A stretch of DNA of 64,000 bases. Origin: Somniosus microcephalus. Its lineage: Eukaryota. Position numbers and translations under genes: made by a program. The notes under the pieces are model-generated. The model did not search any database. It saw nothing but the letters and a program-made list of their open reading frames with translations, and was not told the origin of the DNA. Shown one piece after another: positions 12,167 through 23,900 of the stretch; within the stretch, counting starts at the first letter, position 1, and each line of letters starts with the position of its first letter. The stretch lies in assembly GCA_052327205.1 (NCBI GenBank), contig CM126209.1:61194001-61258000 (forward strand), written 5' to 3'.

Positions 12167-13031
12167 CCCTTCACCATTGTGTCAAATGGCCCCCGATTTC
12201 ACATTGCATGGCGAGCATCGTGTGCAATTATCGGTGATTATACATTTAATATTGAACGAAAGGCAGCCTTTTGTTTCAGTAGATCTTCGCAGGATGTTGT
12301 AATGATGTGCCTGCGCTGACCTTTTGGTTAACGACCAGTTTTCAGCTTTTCATCCAGCAAAAAAAGTTCAGTCTTTATATTTGTGCCGACTGGCAGAGAA
12401 GCTCGGCCAGTTTGAAACTAGTGTATTCCACGGCATCAGCAGTGAGCTTCTGTATTAAAGTCTGTATAGAGACTGTGTGTGGTGGCTTTATTTTATGCAT
12501 CAGAGAACTGTGAAGTGCATGATTGACTGTATTACAACAGTATTACATACTGTTCTCTTGCCTGTTCTATTTAAATAAACACTGCTGGTTTAGTGTCTGA
12601 GCCTTGATCTGTCAGCCTGCATTTCAAAGACTGGAGAATTGTGTTGCAGCATGTAATAATCCAGTAGCTGGTGTACGGAGGACGGGTTCTCTGCTCTGAC
12701 CTCTGGGTCTTGATATTGTTTACTGAGATATCGGCCAGAATAAGATACACTTCAGATCACAGGAGAGGTCAGAGTATCCGGTGATGCTGAGCCTGAGAAA
12801 TGGTCTAGTGTTTACCATGTGACTCCTACATACCCGATATCCTAAACTGAGCAAGACCGTAAGTGATTTATAAATATAGTCTGAATCTGAGATGAAGTTG
12901 GTATCTGTTTTTCTATCAATTTTAAAATACATGGGCAGCTGTTGTCTGACTGATGTGAAATACACACTGATGCTGTTTGCCAAATTGTTGGACTTGTGGA
13001 TTGATAGTAAAAACCTTTTGGTGTATAGACT

Positions 13032-13265
13032 GTTTCAGCCACCTAGGCCCTAAGCTCTGGAATTCCCTCCCTAAACCTCTCCACCGCGCTCTCCTTTTTA
13101 AGACGCTCCTTAAAACCTACCTCTTTGGCCAGGCTTTTGTTCACTTGTCCTAATGTCTCTTTCTTTGGCTCAGTGTCAATTTTTTTTGTCTGATTACGCT
13201 ACAGTGAAGGACCGTGGAACATTTTTACTACGTTAAAGGTGCTATATAAATGCAACTTGTTATTG
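13032..13265 (+). mobile_element. L2 LINE 3' end fragment
   Basis: ggccctaagctctggaattccctccc...tacgttaaaggtgctatataaatgcaacttgttattg. Confidence 0.85.
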
Positions 13266-13369
13266 CTAAATTCACAGGTGTGCCACAGGTTACTCTTTCT
13301 GCTGCATGTTTCAGTTGGGTGTTTCACTACTGTGTCCTTGTTTGAAAAAAATCTGTTCATTTGCTTCAG

Positions 13370-13577
13370 TTGCTGCAAACGGTTGAAGACAGTACAGATG
13401 ATGTGTCTGGTCTCCATGCAAAGCTTGACCGCAAAAAAATGGTTGACTTTCATAACTGCAAAGCACAGGAGGGCTTCGTAAAGCAGATGAATGACTTGTT
13501 CACTGAAATGCAGAGGAAAACTGATGAAACCCGCATAAAGCAACAGGGAATGCTTGATTTCTGTGCAACATCAGTTG
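13370..13577 (+). CDS. KIF11: KIF11 stalk exon
   Basis: ttcag/gtaagt; LLQTVEDSTDDVSGLHAKLDRKK...; 208 bp. Confidence 0.93.
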
Positions 13578-13984
13578 GTAAGTTTTAGTTCAATTTTGGT
13601 TTCAATTTGTTTGATAGTAAAGCTACGAGTCCTGTTTGCAAGTATTTGGAATTAATATTTTTCTGTTTTTGTGACTTGACGACTGAATTTAAACCATTTA
13701 TTTTATTTTTAAAAAAAGCTTAAAGCTGTTTATCCTACATTGTGTGTTCCAATAATTTCAGTTTAAAATGATTGACCTACAAATTATGCCCATTAAACCC
13801 CAGTTTAAATTTTTTTTTTTTTAAACTGAACCCTCCAAAGCAATGGAGGTAAACAAAACGGCACTGCTCCTTTTTTGCATTACTATCACTTGGGACTGAT
13901 CATACAGTTTGTAGGCAACTTTGGTAACCTCGTATGGTAACTTCAAAGTCAAATGTCGATGAAACAGTGGCATGCAAGTCAGAA

Positions 13985-14370
13985 GAAGTCCTGATCAAAC
14001 TGTACAGTGTTCTGCTTAGACCCCCATTTTGAGTGCTGTTCTGGTCACCATAAAACAAAGGAGACATTCTACATTGGAGACTGTGCAGAGGAGAAGGTCT
14101 GAGAGTTTGATTCCTCGTGTCACAGGTCTGAGTTATCAGTAAAGAAAAAAAAATCTTGGACTTCCTGACCTGGACAGGAGATATGAGAGCAGATCTTACA
14201 GGGGGTGCACAAGATTGTAATTGTAATGGAATAGGCAAATTTGGAAAATTACTTTAAATTGCAAGAGTAGGACAAGAGAACACATTTTAAACTAGTAAAA
14301 GGCAAATTTAGGACTGATATTAGGAACTCTTCATGTGCTGTGCAGATTACAGTAGTGGAATCATTTAAGA
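13985..14370 (+). mobile_element. Old, degraded CR1 fragment
   Basis: ctgtacagtgttctgcttagacccccattttgagtgctgttctggtcacca...gtaggacaagagaacac resembles decayed LY..LVRPHLEY.VQFWSP and TRGH. Confidence 0.65.
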
Positions 14371-14564
14371 AATTTAAAAAAAAATGTTTTAAAGGTTTGA
14401 TTGAAGCGTGTGTGTGCATCTGATGCAGATTTTTCCCTATTTTACGCCCATCTTGGGATGCTGCAATTTTATAATAAAACGTGATCTATTGAAAGCCACT
14501 GCTAACACACTTCCACTAGCCAAATGAAAATGAGCAGAATCAAATCTATAATGTACCTAGTATC

Positions 14565-14800
14565 TGACAAGTCTGTTCTATCTTTTCATTAGGCCAAGTG
14601 AAGTCAGCGAAATTAACTGTGGCTACGGGGCTGGCTTTAGATTACTAAATATTTCCCTAGGTCGCTGATGGCCTCCAATTAAGGGAGGGAAGTGAACTCC
14701 TCTGTAGATCACTGAGGCCATCTAGTGTGAAATCTTGGTACTGTCACATTATACTGAGGCAGTCCTCTATGAAAATGCTCAAAGACTTGAGTCAATTGTT
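14565..14800 (+). mobile_element. Degraded tRNA-head SINE (4460 family)
   Basis: aggccaagtgaagtcagc...gatggcc...gtactgtcac; partial resemblance by eye. Confidence 0.35.
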
Positions 14801-14864
14801 CAAAGACAGGAATGCTGCCAACAAAAGTTTCCTGAGCAAGCTTCTGTTTTTCTTTTGGTTTCAG

Positions 14865-15037
14865 GTGACCTCCTGAGTTCAAATGCCTCTGCGTTTAGTT
14901 CTACCATATCTACAGTGGCCACTTCTTTTGCATCAGTTAAAGAAGCAGTTTCTTCGGAGGTATTGGAAAGTCTTCAGGAATTGCTTAAACAAGAGAGTCT
15001 GACTGAGCAGTCGGTAAACCATGTGCAGAAGGCCCTG
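14865..15037 (+). CDS. KIF11: KIF11 stalk exon
   Basis: ttcag/gtaggt; DLLSSNASAFSSTISTVATSFASVKEAVS...HVQKAL; 173 bp, phases consistent with neighbours. Confidence 0.88.
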
Positions 15038-15058
15038 GTAGGTTCATACCGAGACTAC

Positions 15059-15650
15059 AGGATATACTTGCCATAGAAGGAGTGCAATGAAGGTTCACCA
15101 GACTGATTCCTGGGATGGGGGGATTGTCCTATGAGGACAGATTGAGTAGACTAGGCCTATATTCTCTAGAGTTTAGAAGGGTAAGAGGTGATCTCATTGA
15201 AACATACAAAATTCTTACAGGGCTTGAGAGGGTAGATGCAGGGAGGATGTTTCCCCTGGCTGGGAAGTCTAGAACCAGGGGTCACAGTCTCAGAATAAGG
15301 GGTCGGCCATTTAAGACTGAAATGAGAAATTTCTTCACTCTGGTGAATCTTTGGAATTTTCTACCCCAGAGGGCTGTGGAGACTCAGTCGTTGAGTATAT
15401 TCAAGACTGAGATGGATAGATTTTTGGATGTTAAGGGAATCGAGGGATATGGGGATAGGGCAGGAAAGTGGAGATGATCAGCCATGATCTTACTGAATGG
15501 CAGAGCAGGCTCAAGGGGCCGAATGGCCTACTCCTATTTCTTATGTAGAGACAGGAGGGAGGGAGGAAGTGTTTAGTCAGGATGCTCAGGCCATCATGAG
15601 TGTGGGCAGGCTTGATGGACCAGCTGGTGGTCTCTTGCCTGTCAATTTTG
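15059..15650 (+). mobile_element. CR1 LINE 3' end, followed by a second CR1-type 3' UTR remnant
   Basis: GLSYEDRLSRLGLYSLEFRRVRGDLIETYKI...; gatcagccatgatct...ggccgaatggcctactcct; starts ~20 nt after a KIF11 donor. Confidence 0.92.
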
Positions 15651-15699
15651 TATGTCCCACAATACCCTCCTTATTTTTTTCTTGCCACAATTACTTTTT

Positions 15700-16010
15700 C
15701 TCCTTCCCCATCTATCCTGAAGAGGCTGTTTGTTTGTGGAAGTACAGCAGCCAGGCACTTTCTGCTGCCTCACTTGAGTGGCTATTTGTACACGAGAGCT
15801 GACAGCAAGTGTTGGCAGGCTGTTGGACCACAGCATCACATCCGAGCCTAGTCCTGGGCCCTGGCTGGACCTGCCACCCACGTCTGGTTCCAGTAGTGGT
15901 CATTAGATAATGATCAGGAGTCGGCACCATGGCCAGTTTCCCCATCTAACCCAAAGGTTATTGAGGCTAATCCAGTCCAAGGCAATCGGTTTTCTTACTG
16001 CAGGTCTCTA
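15700..16010 (-). mobile_element. tRNA-head SINE (4460 family)
   Basis: cctgaagaggctg...cacagcatcacatccgagcctagtcctg...tgatcaggagtc. Confidence 0.55.
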
Positions 16011-16419
16011 CATCACATTAATTCAACACAGTAAAACAAGAGGTTCCATTCACTGACCTGACCTGTTGAAAGTTACGTGCACCTTGCCTGAAATGTCTGA
16101 CTTGTAACATGGTTGTGTGCTCTTTAGACACTTGGGACTATCCAAGCGTGGTCTTCATGGGGTGCATACCACAGAGCACAAATCTTGCTTTTTTTACTGA
16201 TTTTTTTTTTCTGCTAATGAAGCAATGCTACTAATAACTGCCCTTCCCAAACCACCACACCTGCAAAATTCAGACAGAACAAACTAGTCAAATAAGATAA
16301 TTTAGGCACAAATTGGCCTGAATTGTCTGGCATAAAGTTCAACAATTTCAGACCCGAACCTCTGCCCCTATTATTTTCAGGCAGCAGCTGTTGAGGATTC
16401 TGCCATTCCCATTTGCAGC

Positions 16420-16684
16420 ATTTAACCACTTCCTGCCTTCCACCCTATTACAGGCCTTCCCTTTTGTTCTTTTCTCTCCTCCACCCCCCCCCCCCCCAAA
16501 CCCCCTTTCCCTGCCTCTGCACCTGGTTAAAATCTGTTCCATCTCTAACTTTTTCCAGTTCTGACGAAAGGTCACAGACTTGAAACGTTACCTCTGTTTC
16601 TCTCTCCACCGATGCTGCCTGACCTGCGTATTTCCAGCATTTTCTGTTTTTATTTCAGATTCCAGCATCCACAGTATTTTGCTA
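16420..16684 (+). mobile_element. Penelope-type repeat with a hammerhead motif, sense to KIF11
   Basis: ccagttctgacgaaaggtcacagacttgaaacgttacctctgtttctctctccaccgatgctgcctgacctg...tttccagcattttctg. Confidence 0.72.
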
Positions 16685-17263
16685 CTGAATTGTCTGGGTT
16701 TTGAGGGCTGGATTGCCAGGGCTGGGGGGCTGCATGTGGCAGGCGGGCCATAGATTGGACACCTCTACTCTAAGTTCCAAACTTGAGTCAAAAATCACTC
16801 TTGCCCAAACAATATTGTAAATGATGAAGTCCTATAAACCAGTTTTCTTCTTCAGACTGAAAGTTTACTTTTTGGGACATGAAAGTTCTGCTCATGAACA
16901 CCAAATGCATTTTTAAAATTGTGAAGCTATCTCAGAATTGGGAACCGATTAGTCTGTTTATCTAGTATTTGCTACAGCAGATGTAATTGTGTTATTGAAG
17001 AGCAGATCCACTGCCAAAGGAGACCACTTGAGTGTCGTGTTTTGATTGTAACTTGGTTGTCTTGCAGGTTTGTCTGAACAGTTTTGGTTGGCGCAACCAG
17101 GCAGGCCATTTGTCTAACTATGCAAATTCTAGTTTCATTGTCAATGCAGAACCCATTGCTATTGTATGTCGAACAGGTGGCTAACTGGGAGCTGTGAGGG
17201 CTGGTTTTATAGTTCGGGGAGGGATTCCATGTTGAAGTTTTTCAAGTCTGTTTTTATTTTCAG

Positions 17264-17389
17264 GAGGAACACAAAGTGAAAATGGAAAAAGTGCTCAAGA
17301 AGAATTTACAGCCCATGGTTGTCTCCCTAATGGAACTGAACAACTGTCTCAAACTGAACTTTCGGACCTATTCTGGCATAGCCGAGAAG
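17264..17389 (+). CDS. KIF11: KIF11 stalk exon
   Basis: ttcag/gttact; EEHKVKMEKVLKKNLQPMVVSLMELNNCLKLNFRTYSGIAEK; 126 bp. Confidence 0.85.
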
Positions 17390-17820
17390 GTTACTGATAC
17401 TTTTCTCTATCTGTCCAGTGACATGAGGTCCGTCCCCCCCGCACCCCCACCCAGTCTCAAATATTCTGTACCTGCTGTGCTAGTTTAATTTTTACCATTT
17501 TGGAATTACAGGTTGCTAACTCACTTTCTATAGATGTTACTGAGCTGTGACTCAGTTAATTGTGCAGAAGAACCCCCTCGTTTGAGGGAATAGAATAAGA
17601 TTGAAAGAAACTTTATTTGGAGTAAACTAGGGCCATAGGTGACCATTTTGCTTCACACCTTAATTTACCAGAGTTGCAGATTATTGCAAACTATATAACT
17701 ATACAGGCTTGCTACTGGTTATGATCTTTTGCAGTGATGTTGCTTTTAACTGTGGTGTTTGGTTTGCACATATTGGCCAGATTTAGTTTGTTATTAGACT
17801 AATATTTTAAGTTGTTTCAG

Positions 17821-17979
17821 ATGGAAGTCATGAAAACAGATACCAACACATTCTTCGGGCAACACTGCGAGATGCTTAGCAAATTACAAGAAACCACTTG
17901 CACTGCTCTGGGCGTCGTTCAAAATGAGAACGAAAAACTCAATCAAGAACTACAGAAATCGCAGCAAGAGCAGATGGAG
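17821..17979 (+). CDS. KIF11: KIF11 stalk exon
   Basis: ttcag/gttctg; MEVMKTDTNTFFGQHCEMLSKLQ...QQEQME; 159 bp open frame. Confidence 0.85.
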
Positions 17980-18071
17980 GTTCTGTGAAAATTTATTGAC
18001 TCTGAAAACATTTTGTTTTGTTATCAATTGACTGATTCAGTGACAATTCAACTCTGGCTTTTTGTAAATAG

Positions 18072-18211
18072 GGTTTTTCAAGAGTCATCTCAAATCTACA
18101 GAATCAGCTTGGTGTGTTGGTTCAGCAAACTCAGCAGAGCTTTGACAGTGTTCTAACACAAAATGGAAATGTGCATCACTCGTTGACCATGATTCGGGAT
18201 AATGTGCAGGC
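18072..18211 (+). CDS. KIF11: KIF11 stalk exon
   Basis: aatag/gtaagt; GFSRVISNLQNQLGVLVQQTQQSFD...; 140 bp, phase 0 to 2. Confidence 0.82.
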
Positions 18212-18473
18212 GTAAGTAACTGGATTTCTATTTGCTGTTCTGTAGTCTGTTAGCTTTAAATTTGCTGAAATGTGCAAATCTGTCCCATCGTTTGGATTCT
18301 GACAGTTTGGTGTTTTATTGCCTGCTTTATAACTTCAAATTGTACATCACACCGAACATTGGAGAATTTAAAAATTCCTGTGGCTTGCTTTTTGGCTTGA
18401 CATAATCGCTATTTCACGTTTAATTCATTTTAAAAGAATTCTTATTTCATAAAGCCATCCATTTCCCTTCTAG

Positions 18474-18753
18474 ACAATCTGCAAAGGCTATGGAGAGTGC
18501 TATTTCTCACCAAGAGAAAGTCACCACCTCTTTAGACAGCTTTGCAAGTGAAATTAGAAAAACATCCAGTGAAGGGATAACAACTGCAGATCAGTCGAAT
18601 GTTGAGTGCCAACAGCTAAGCTCCGGTATGCTGGTACTCCACCAGAAAAGCAACCAATGGTGTGACTTGACAACGGGCACGGTCGACTTGTTCAGTCAGG
18701 ATCAAGTGTCTTTCCTTAACGGTTATAAGAGGAGGTTAGAGAACCTTGAGCAG
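18474..18753 (+). CDS. KIF11: KIF11 stalk exon
   Basis: tctag/gtaggt; QSAKAMESAISHQEK...HQKSNQWCD...RLENLEQ; 280 bp. Confidence 0.88.
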
Positions 18754-19299
18754 GTAGGTGGTTGTGACTATTGTCGTGGTTCTTTCCTGGACTTTGTCCC
18801 TGTGCCTTGCCTCAAAAAAGCAAGTACTAGAGTATTTTAATGAAATTAAACAAACTCTGAGTTATTAAGAAGGGTATGTTGGAATGGAACTCCGTTTATT
18901 TTTTTTAAATGACTATACCTCAAATACCAGCAGTTGAGAAGCAATGGGGAAATGGTATTTTTCAGGAAATGGAGGTTCAAATCCATGTTCTAAGTGGAGT
19001 GGAAACTAGTAATTGCAGATGGGTAATTATTCACACCAGGGGTGCAGGCAGTGAGATTTTGAACTTCCATTTAAAATGGTGCATTCGGGTTTATTAAACT
19101 TTTTTTTTGTTAAACATCCCAATTTAATAGATTTTAATCTTGAACGATTCATGGTCATCCCTTCCTCAAAGACCACCTCCCTTCCTCAAAGACCACCTCA
19201 ACACTCACTCACTCTCTTTCCCCCACCCTGGCCCTTCGGAGGTGCAACCTCCTGCCTTGGAGATGCTCTCCCCTCACCCAATTCAAAGAGACACTTATA

Positions 19300-19510
19300 C
19301 AATAGCAAAATGCTGCGGATGCTGGAAATCTGAAATAACAGAAAATGCTGGAAATACTCAGCAGGCCAGGCAGCATCCATGGAGAAACAGAGTTAATGTT
19401 TCCGGTCTGGGACCCTTCATCAGAACTGGAAAAAGCTGGAGATGTAACATATTAAGCAGGTGCAGAGATTGTGGGGGGGGGGGAAAGAGAGAGAGGAATT
19501 GAAAGAACAT
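19300..19510 (-). mobile_element. Penelope-type repeat with a hammerhead motif
   Basis: gcaaaatgctgcggatgctggaaatctgaaataacagaaaatgctgg...gttaatgtttccggtctgggacccttcatcagaactgg. Confidence 0.72.
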
Positions 19511-19544
19511 ACTGTGAAAATGTTGCAAATGGGAATAGCAACAC

Positions 19545-19800
19545 TTGTTCTCTTTCATATGCTCCTTCCGGCTGGTCCTAACTATAGCTCCCAGCTGGTG
19601 GTCCTACCCCAAAATGGAATGGATGCTGTGCTGTGAGCAGGGATGGCTGATTGATCATGAGACTAGGAATTCCCACTTGTCGTACAGAGTGCGGTGCTGG
19701 GACGAGCCAGAAGCATATGTAACAGTCCAGAAAACGAACGCAATGCTCTTCCAAAAAAGTTAATACTACCCCACAAAAACCTAGCCATTCGAACAGCCCT
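19545..19800 (-). mobile_element. Degraded tRNA-head SINE (4460 family)
   Basis: tctttcatatg...ggtcctaccc...tgatcatgagactaggaattcc. Confidence 0.4.
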
Positions 19801-20891
19801 GAATGTAAACGTCTGACATGCAGTTACACTGGGTGTAGTGGACATGGGTTAGTCATAACTTGTTGGTTCATCCAACATTCCATCACTTGTAATAGTGAAA
19901 GATTGTGATCATTTTTCTCTCTTCTTGGAGAAATTGCGACTATGGATTAGAGTTCTCTGTTACAAATCTAATTGATTGTTTTGATAGTTGTCTTTTTTGA
20001 TACAGAAGCATTCTTCTTTCTGACCTGGACCTCCTTCCCTCTTCCCATTCCATATGGCTGCTGTCTTTTGCTTCTCCTCAGTTCAAACATCCTCCCCTCT
20101 CCAGCTCTGATCATCTTCCCCCACTCCTCTCTGCTTATGCCAGCATTTTCCCCCTTCTCTCTACTGTTTTCTTTCTCTTCCCCCTGCTCCCCTCCCTCAC
20201 CCACTCCTACCTTCTGCTCTGAGGAATCAAAGGTTGCTGTAGGCAGAAATTATCAATAGTTTTCAGATCCAAAATTATTGAGAATTCCTTTCCGTGGAAC
20301 TGACTGGCAGAGAGCAGGGAAGAGTGCTCATTTTTGTTGCCCTGGGAAATTAGAAGTCTGCAGCCCTGGTTAGATTAGACCAAGTAACTCTCAAAGCTCC
20401 AGTATCATTCTCTTCAATAGAACTGCTGAGAATCCCATATTTGTATTTAGAATGCATGCACTACTTCTTGGATCAGTATGTTTCTGGTCCAACAAAGAAA
20501 GAAGCTGTTTGATTTTAGTTCTTGAAAATAAAATGGAACAAGTAACTAGAGAAGGAAAAAAATAGTGGCCACAACAAAGGTTCAATGTAAAAAAGGAGTA
20601 GTGAGCCCATTCAGAACTTTTCTGGTAAATTGGAAGGCTGAGTCAAATGCAAAAACATGGTGTGCACAGAACTTGCAGGGAAATGAAATCTGCAAAAACC
20701 AGTTAAAATCTAACTTCCATTAATCTTATTTGTGTAAATATCTTAATTCTCATTCTGGGTGTCACCAATGAATATTGCAGCAGTTTTTAAACTTATAAAG
20801 AATGGGTTGACTTTCTAAATCCATCTATGCATTGAACTGTTCTTGAATGTTGAAAACTATAAGTTAATTAAGCATCTTTTTTCTTGTATAG

Positions 20892-21114
20892 GCTTCCAAT
20901 GAGAATTGTGACTCTCTAGTCACTGAGGTCACAGAACAGCTGAAAGGACAGTGCAATACAGAGGAATCTGCACTCTCCACCGTACTTGAACAGGTTAATA
21001 ATGATAAAGGGGAGATGATGCAACACATAAAAGAGCTAACTGAACAAGCCCAGGCAGGACTAAATAATGTCTTTAACTTCTTAAATGAGGAACTCCAAAA
21101 TGACATCCCCACAG
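20892..21114 (+). CDS. KIF11: KIF11 exon leading into the BimC box
   Basis: tatag/gtatga; ASNENCDSL...NFLNEELQNDIPT; 223 bp. Confidence 0.92.
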
Positions 21115-21504
21115 GTATGATCAACTCCTTTTGGTAAAAAGAAGTGAATAGGATGATTAAATGCAAATATTTGAGGTTGTTACAAAGAACAGTGTGAATA
21201 GGAAATGTACAAGTCAACCAATGAAGCAACTAACTGCTTACTAACAGCACTACCTTCAATGATACTTGCAATCTAGTGTAGAAATAAGTTATAACTAAAT
21301 AGCTTTTAAAAAAAGTGGAGGACTTTCCACATGCAGGACAGCTAAATTGCACCCATATTAATAAAATGTTACAACTGCACTGTTACTGTGGCGCAATAAC
21401 TAATTGGAACAACTTTTCTGAACTAAATATTATTTATAAGGAGTTATATGTTGTACTTAACAAGTAATTCAGAAGCCATGGACATGCAAATGTCTAGAAA
21501 CATT

Positions 21505-21700
21505 CAAGACTTGCAGTTGTATCGTGCCTTATGTCAATGTGAATTACTTTGAATACAATAACTTGTTCCAGGCACAGCAAGATCACACACATATTGGAGA
21601 TGAATGATCCCACCCAGACCATCTGAATAGATGGTTTAATTTCTCATTTGAAAGACAGCACCTCAGTGCAGTACTGCACTGTAATATCTACCCAGATTTT
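21505..21700 (-). mobile_element. Degraded Deu-type SINE
   Basis: gacttgcagttgtatcgtgcc tail; ggtttaatttctcatttgaaagacagcacctcagtgcagtactgcactg body. Confidence 0.55.
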
Positions 21701-21865
21701 TTTGTGTGCGTGTGCCCGTCCATCCGAATAATGGTACCAGAGATTGTCGGCTGGCTTTGGCCTCATGCCCCAATGATGAAATTACAAGCGGAGAAAAGCA
21801 TTTTATTCAGACAGAGCTGGAATGGTTCTACTCGTTTGTGATGATAATTGCACTTTGATTTTTAG

Positions 21866-22023
21866 GTACTACTCCACAGCGCAGAGAATATCCATATCCG
21901 CGAGCCCTCTCGAAAACAGAGCCACGTGATGTCTTGGTTGTTCAGTACAAAACACAGCAGCAGGAATTTCCAGGTTCTCTGGAGTCTGTCCTATCCATCC
22001 AAGAACCACCGGTCGTTGAGCGG
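21866..22023 (+). CDS. KIF11: KIF11 BimC-box exon with the Cdk1 site
   Basis: tttag/gtaaat; (PTG)TTPQRREYPYPRALSKTEPRDVL; 158 bp. Confidence 0.92.
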
Positions 22024-22394
22024 GTAAATATTATAGAAAATGTTAATCTAGTTAGCGTAGCATCCCTAAACCTATCTCTGCTTTACACTTCCCACAAGTT
22101 GCATGTTGGTGATGCATTAGATGTTCGAGTAAAATACTTTCTTTTCCACACCTATTGTGTGGTAGTGCTGCAAAAGCAGGTGTCTAATGGGAAATGCGAG
22201 TGTTTTCACCTTGCACCTCCTGATTCTGGGTTACGATCCAGCTGACTCATGCTATAGTTATATACTCTGACTGGATTCCTTGTGGTATTCATTGTCAGGC
22301 AGTGGCAAACTAATCATTGAGCAAAACATATGACCAAACCTTTTTTGTCCCTTTTTTTGTGTTTTTACCAAAAAGAAAGTAAGTTTTTCCTGCC

Positions 22395-22800
22395 AATCCT
22401 GTCCCTCCTTTCTTTTTCCCCTGAGGGTGCTAACTCCTTGCTAGGGTACGATTCCTTGGGTACTGGATGCCTTGCAGAACCATGTCCAAGTAACTGCATT
22501 TCATATGTAAGCCTTGACTCTGAGTGTTGGCAGGATCTTTGACCAGGTGTGCACTTGCCTGATTTCTAACTAGTGAGGGAATAGAAATCAAGGCTGGGAA
22601 GCTGGCCATCATCAGCCAGGGGTTCCCACTGCTTATTTCTAGCGTCTGTCTCTCACCACCCCACCCCACCCCCCATTGAATAGAAATCCGAGCTGGGTGC
22701 CTTGGCTGAATTTGCTCGTATAAACCAAGGACACTGAAGCCAATTGCAATGTTCCAACTGCCGCCCTGGTTAAGATCACTGGTCTATATGGCTCAGATCT
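22395..22800 (-). mobile_element. tRNA-head SINE(s) (4460 family)
   Basis: cctgagggtgctaactccttgctagggtacgattcc...ccaaggacactgaagccaattg. Confidence 0.55.
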
Positions 22801-23514
22801 ATTTGTTACTAGGAACTGTTTTTCCAAGAATAAAAATTAATTTTTTTGAGGGGGCCATTCTTTGTTGTTGGAGCCAAACACCTTTTTATAAGCATAAGCA
22901 GCTTTGGGTGTGGGTTGCTGTAACTTCTTTTGATTTATTTAGCTAAAGTGAACATTGATGCAATCTTGTGATGTATGAATGGTAAAACACTACTGGATTA
23001 TCAATTCATACCATGGGTAATGATCCAGCACTAGTGTCGTCTCTGGAGGTTTTCGGGTGTCTGTCCCTGCAAGACCATATTTGTGACCTCCACTTGTTCT
23101 ATAATAGTCCCATGAACTCTAGTTCATTCTAAGCGGTCTCAAATTTCATCCATCCATCCAGTATACTGGCCATTTGAGGCCAAGGGTATAAGTTTTTAGT
23201 ACACCGACCATTTCTAGAAAGACTCAAGCTTTATGAATTTCCACTTCTGAACATTGCAAGAAGGCTCTAGCTTTTGCCCCAATGACCATGGTTGATGGTA
23301 CCTGTACTTTCTGTTCAGGTGCAGCTTGAATAATGTTAATGATGGTGTTAAATGTTGCAAGTCCCAGGACTGAAGGTTGACCTGACTTGTCTTGGGCAAG
23401 ATAATGAGTTTAATAATCTTCCAGTGTTACATCCTTGGATAAGTAGAAAACTAAATATCAAATCTTCCATAATCGCTCTGTAGATAAATACATTAACTAT
23501 AGAACATGATGTGA

Positions 23515-23900
23515 TGCAGACCGTGAAGGCCCCAGGTTCAATTGCTGGCCTGTACTATGCTAGCAGAAATGAACTGGGGAAATAGTTGGGTGCGACAGTT
23601 GGCCTCCGTGTCACCAAGCTTGGGGTGGGGGTAGAAGGTGATGAAACAACCAGTCTTCCTGTTTCCGATAGCTACCCTCACCATGACTAGAAGGTGCATG
23701 TGTGTGGATATCCAGTGAGGAAAGGATAGTGCTTCTGGGTGATGCCCCAATGGTCAGACAGCACAACAGTGCCCATTGTACAGGGTTTTGCTTGAAAACT
23801 GGCCACTTTTTGGTGAGAAGTACCTGCTACCAAGATCTAGGGAACTGTACCCCAACCTGTCATCACTTTCAATAGAACATGAGGAAGGGAGAGTAAGGGG
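23515..23900 (+). mobile_element. tRNA-head SINE (4460 family)
   Basis: gaccgtgaaggccccaggttcaatt B-box-like head...ggtgcatgtgtgtgga...ggaactgtacccca. Confidence 0.6.

Noticed and set aside
19159-19199. Perfect 20-bp tandem duplication, with similar ones at 26414-26468 and 44119-44146
   Set aside because: Ordinary slippage duplications with no sign of function.
19968-20259. Pyrimidine-rich ORFs of 78 and 95 aa
   Set aside because: Low-complexity intronic tract with no coding signal.
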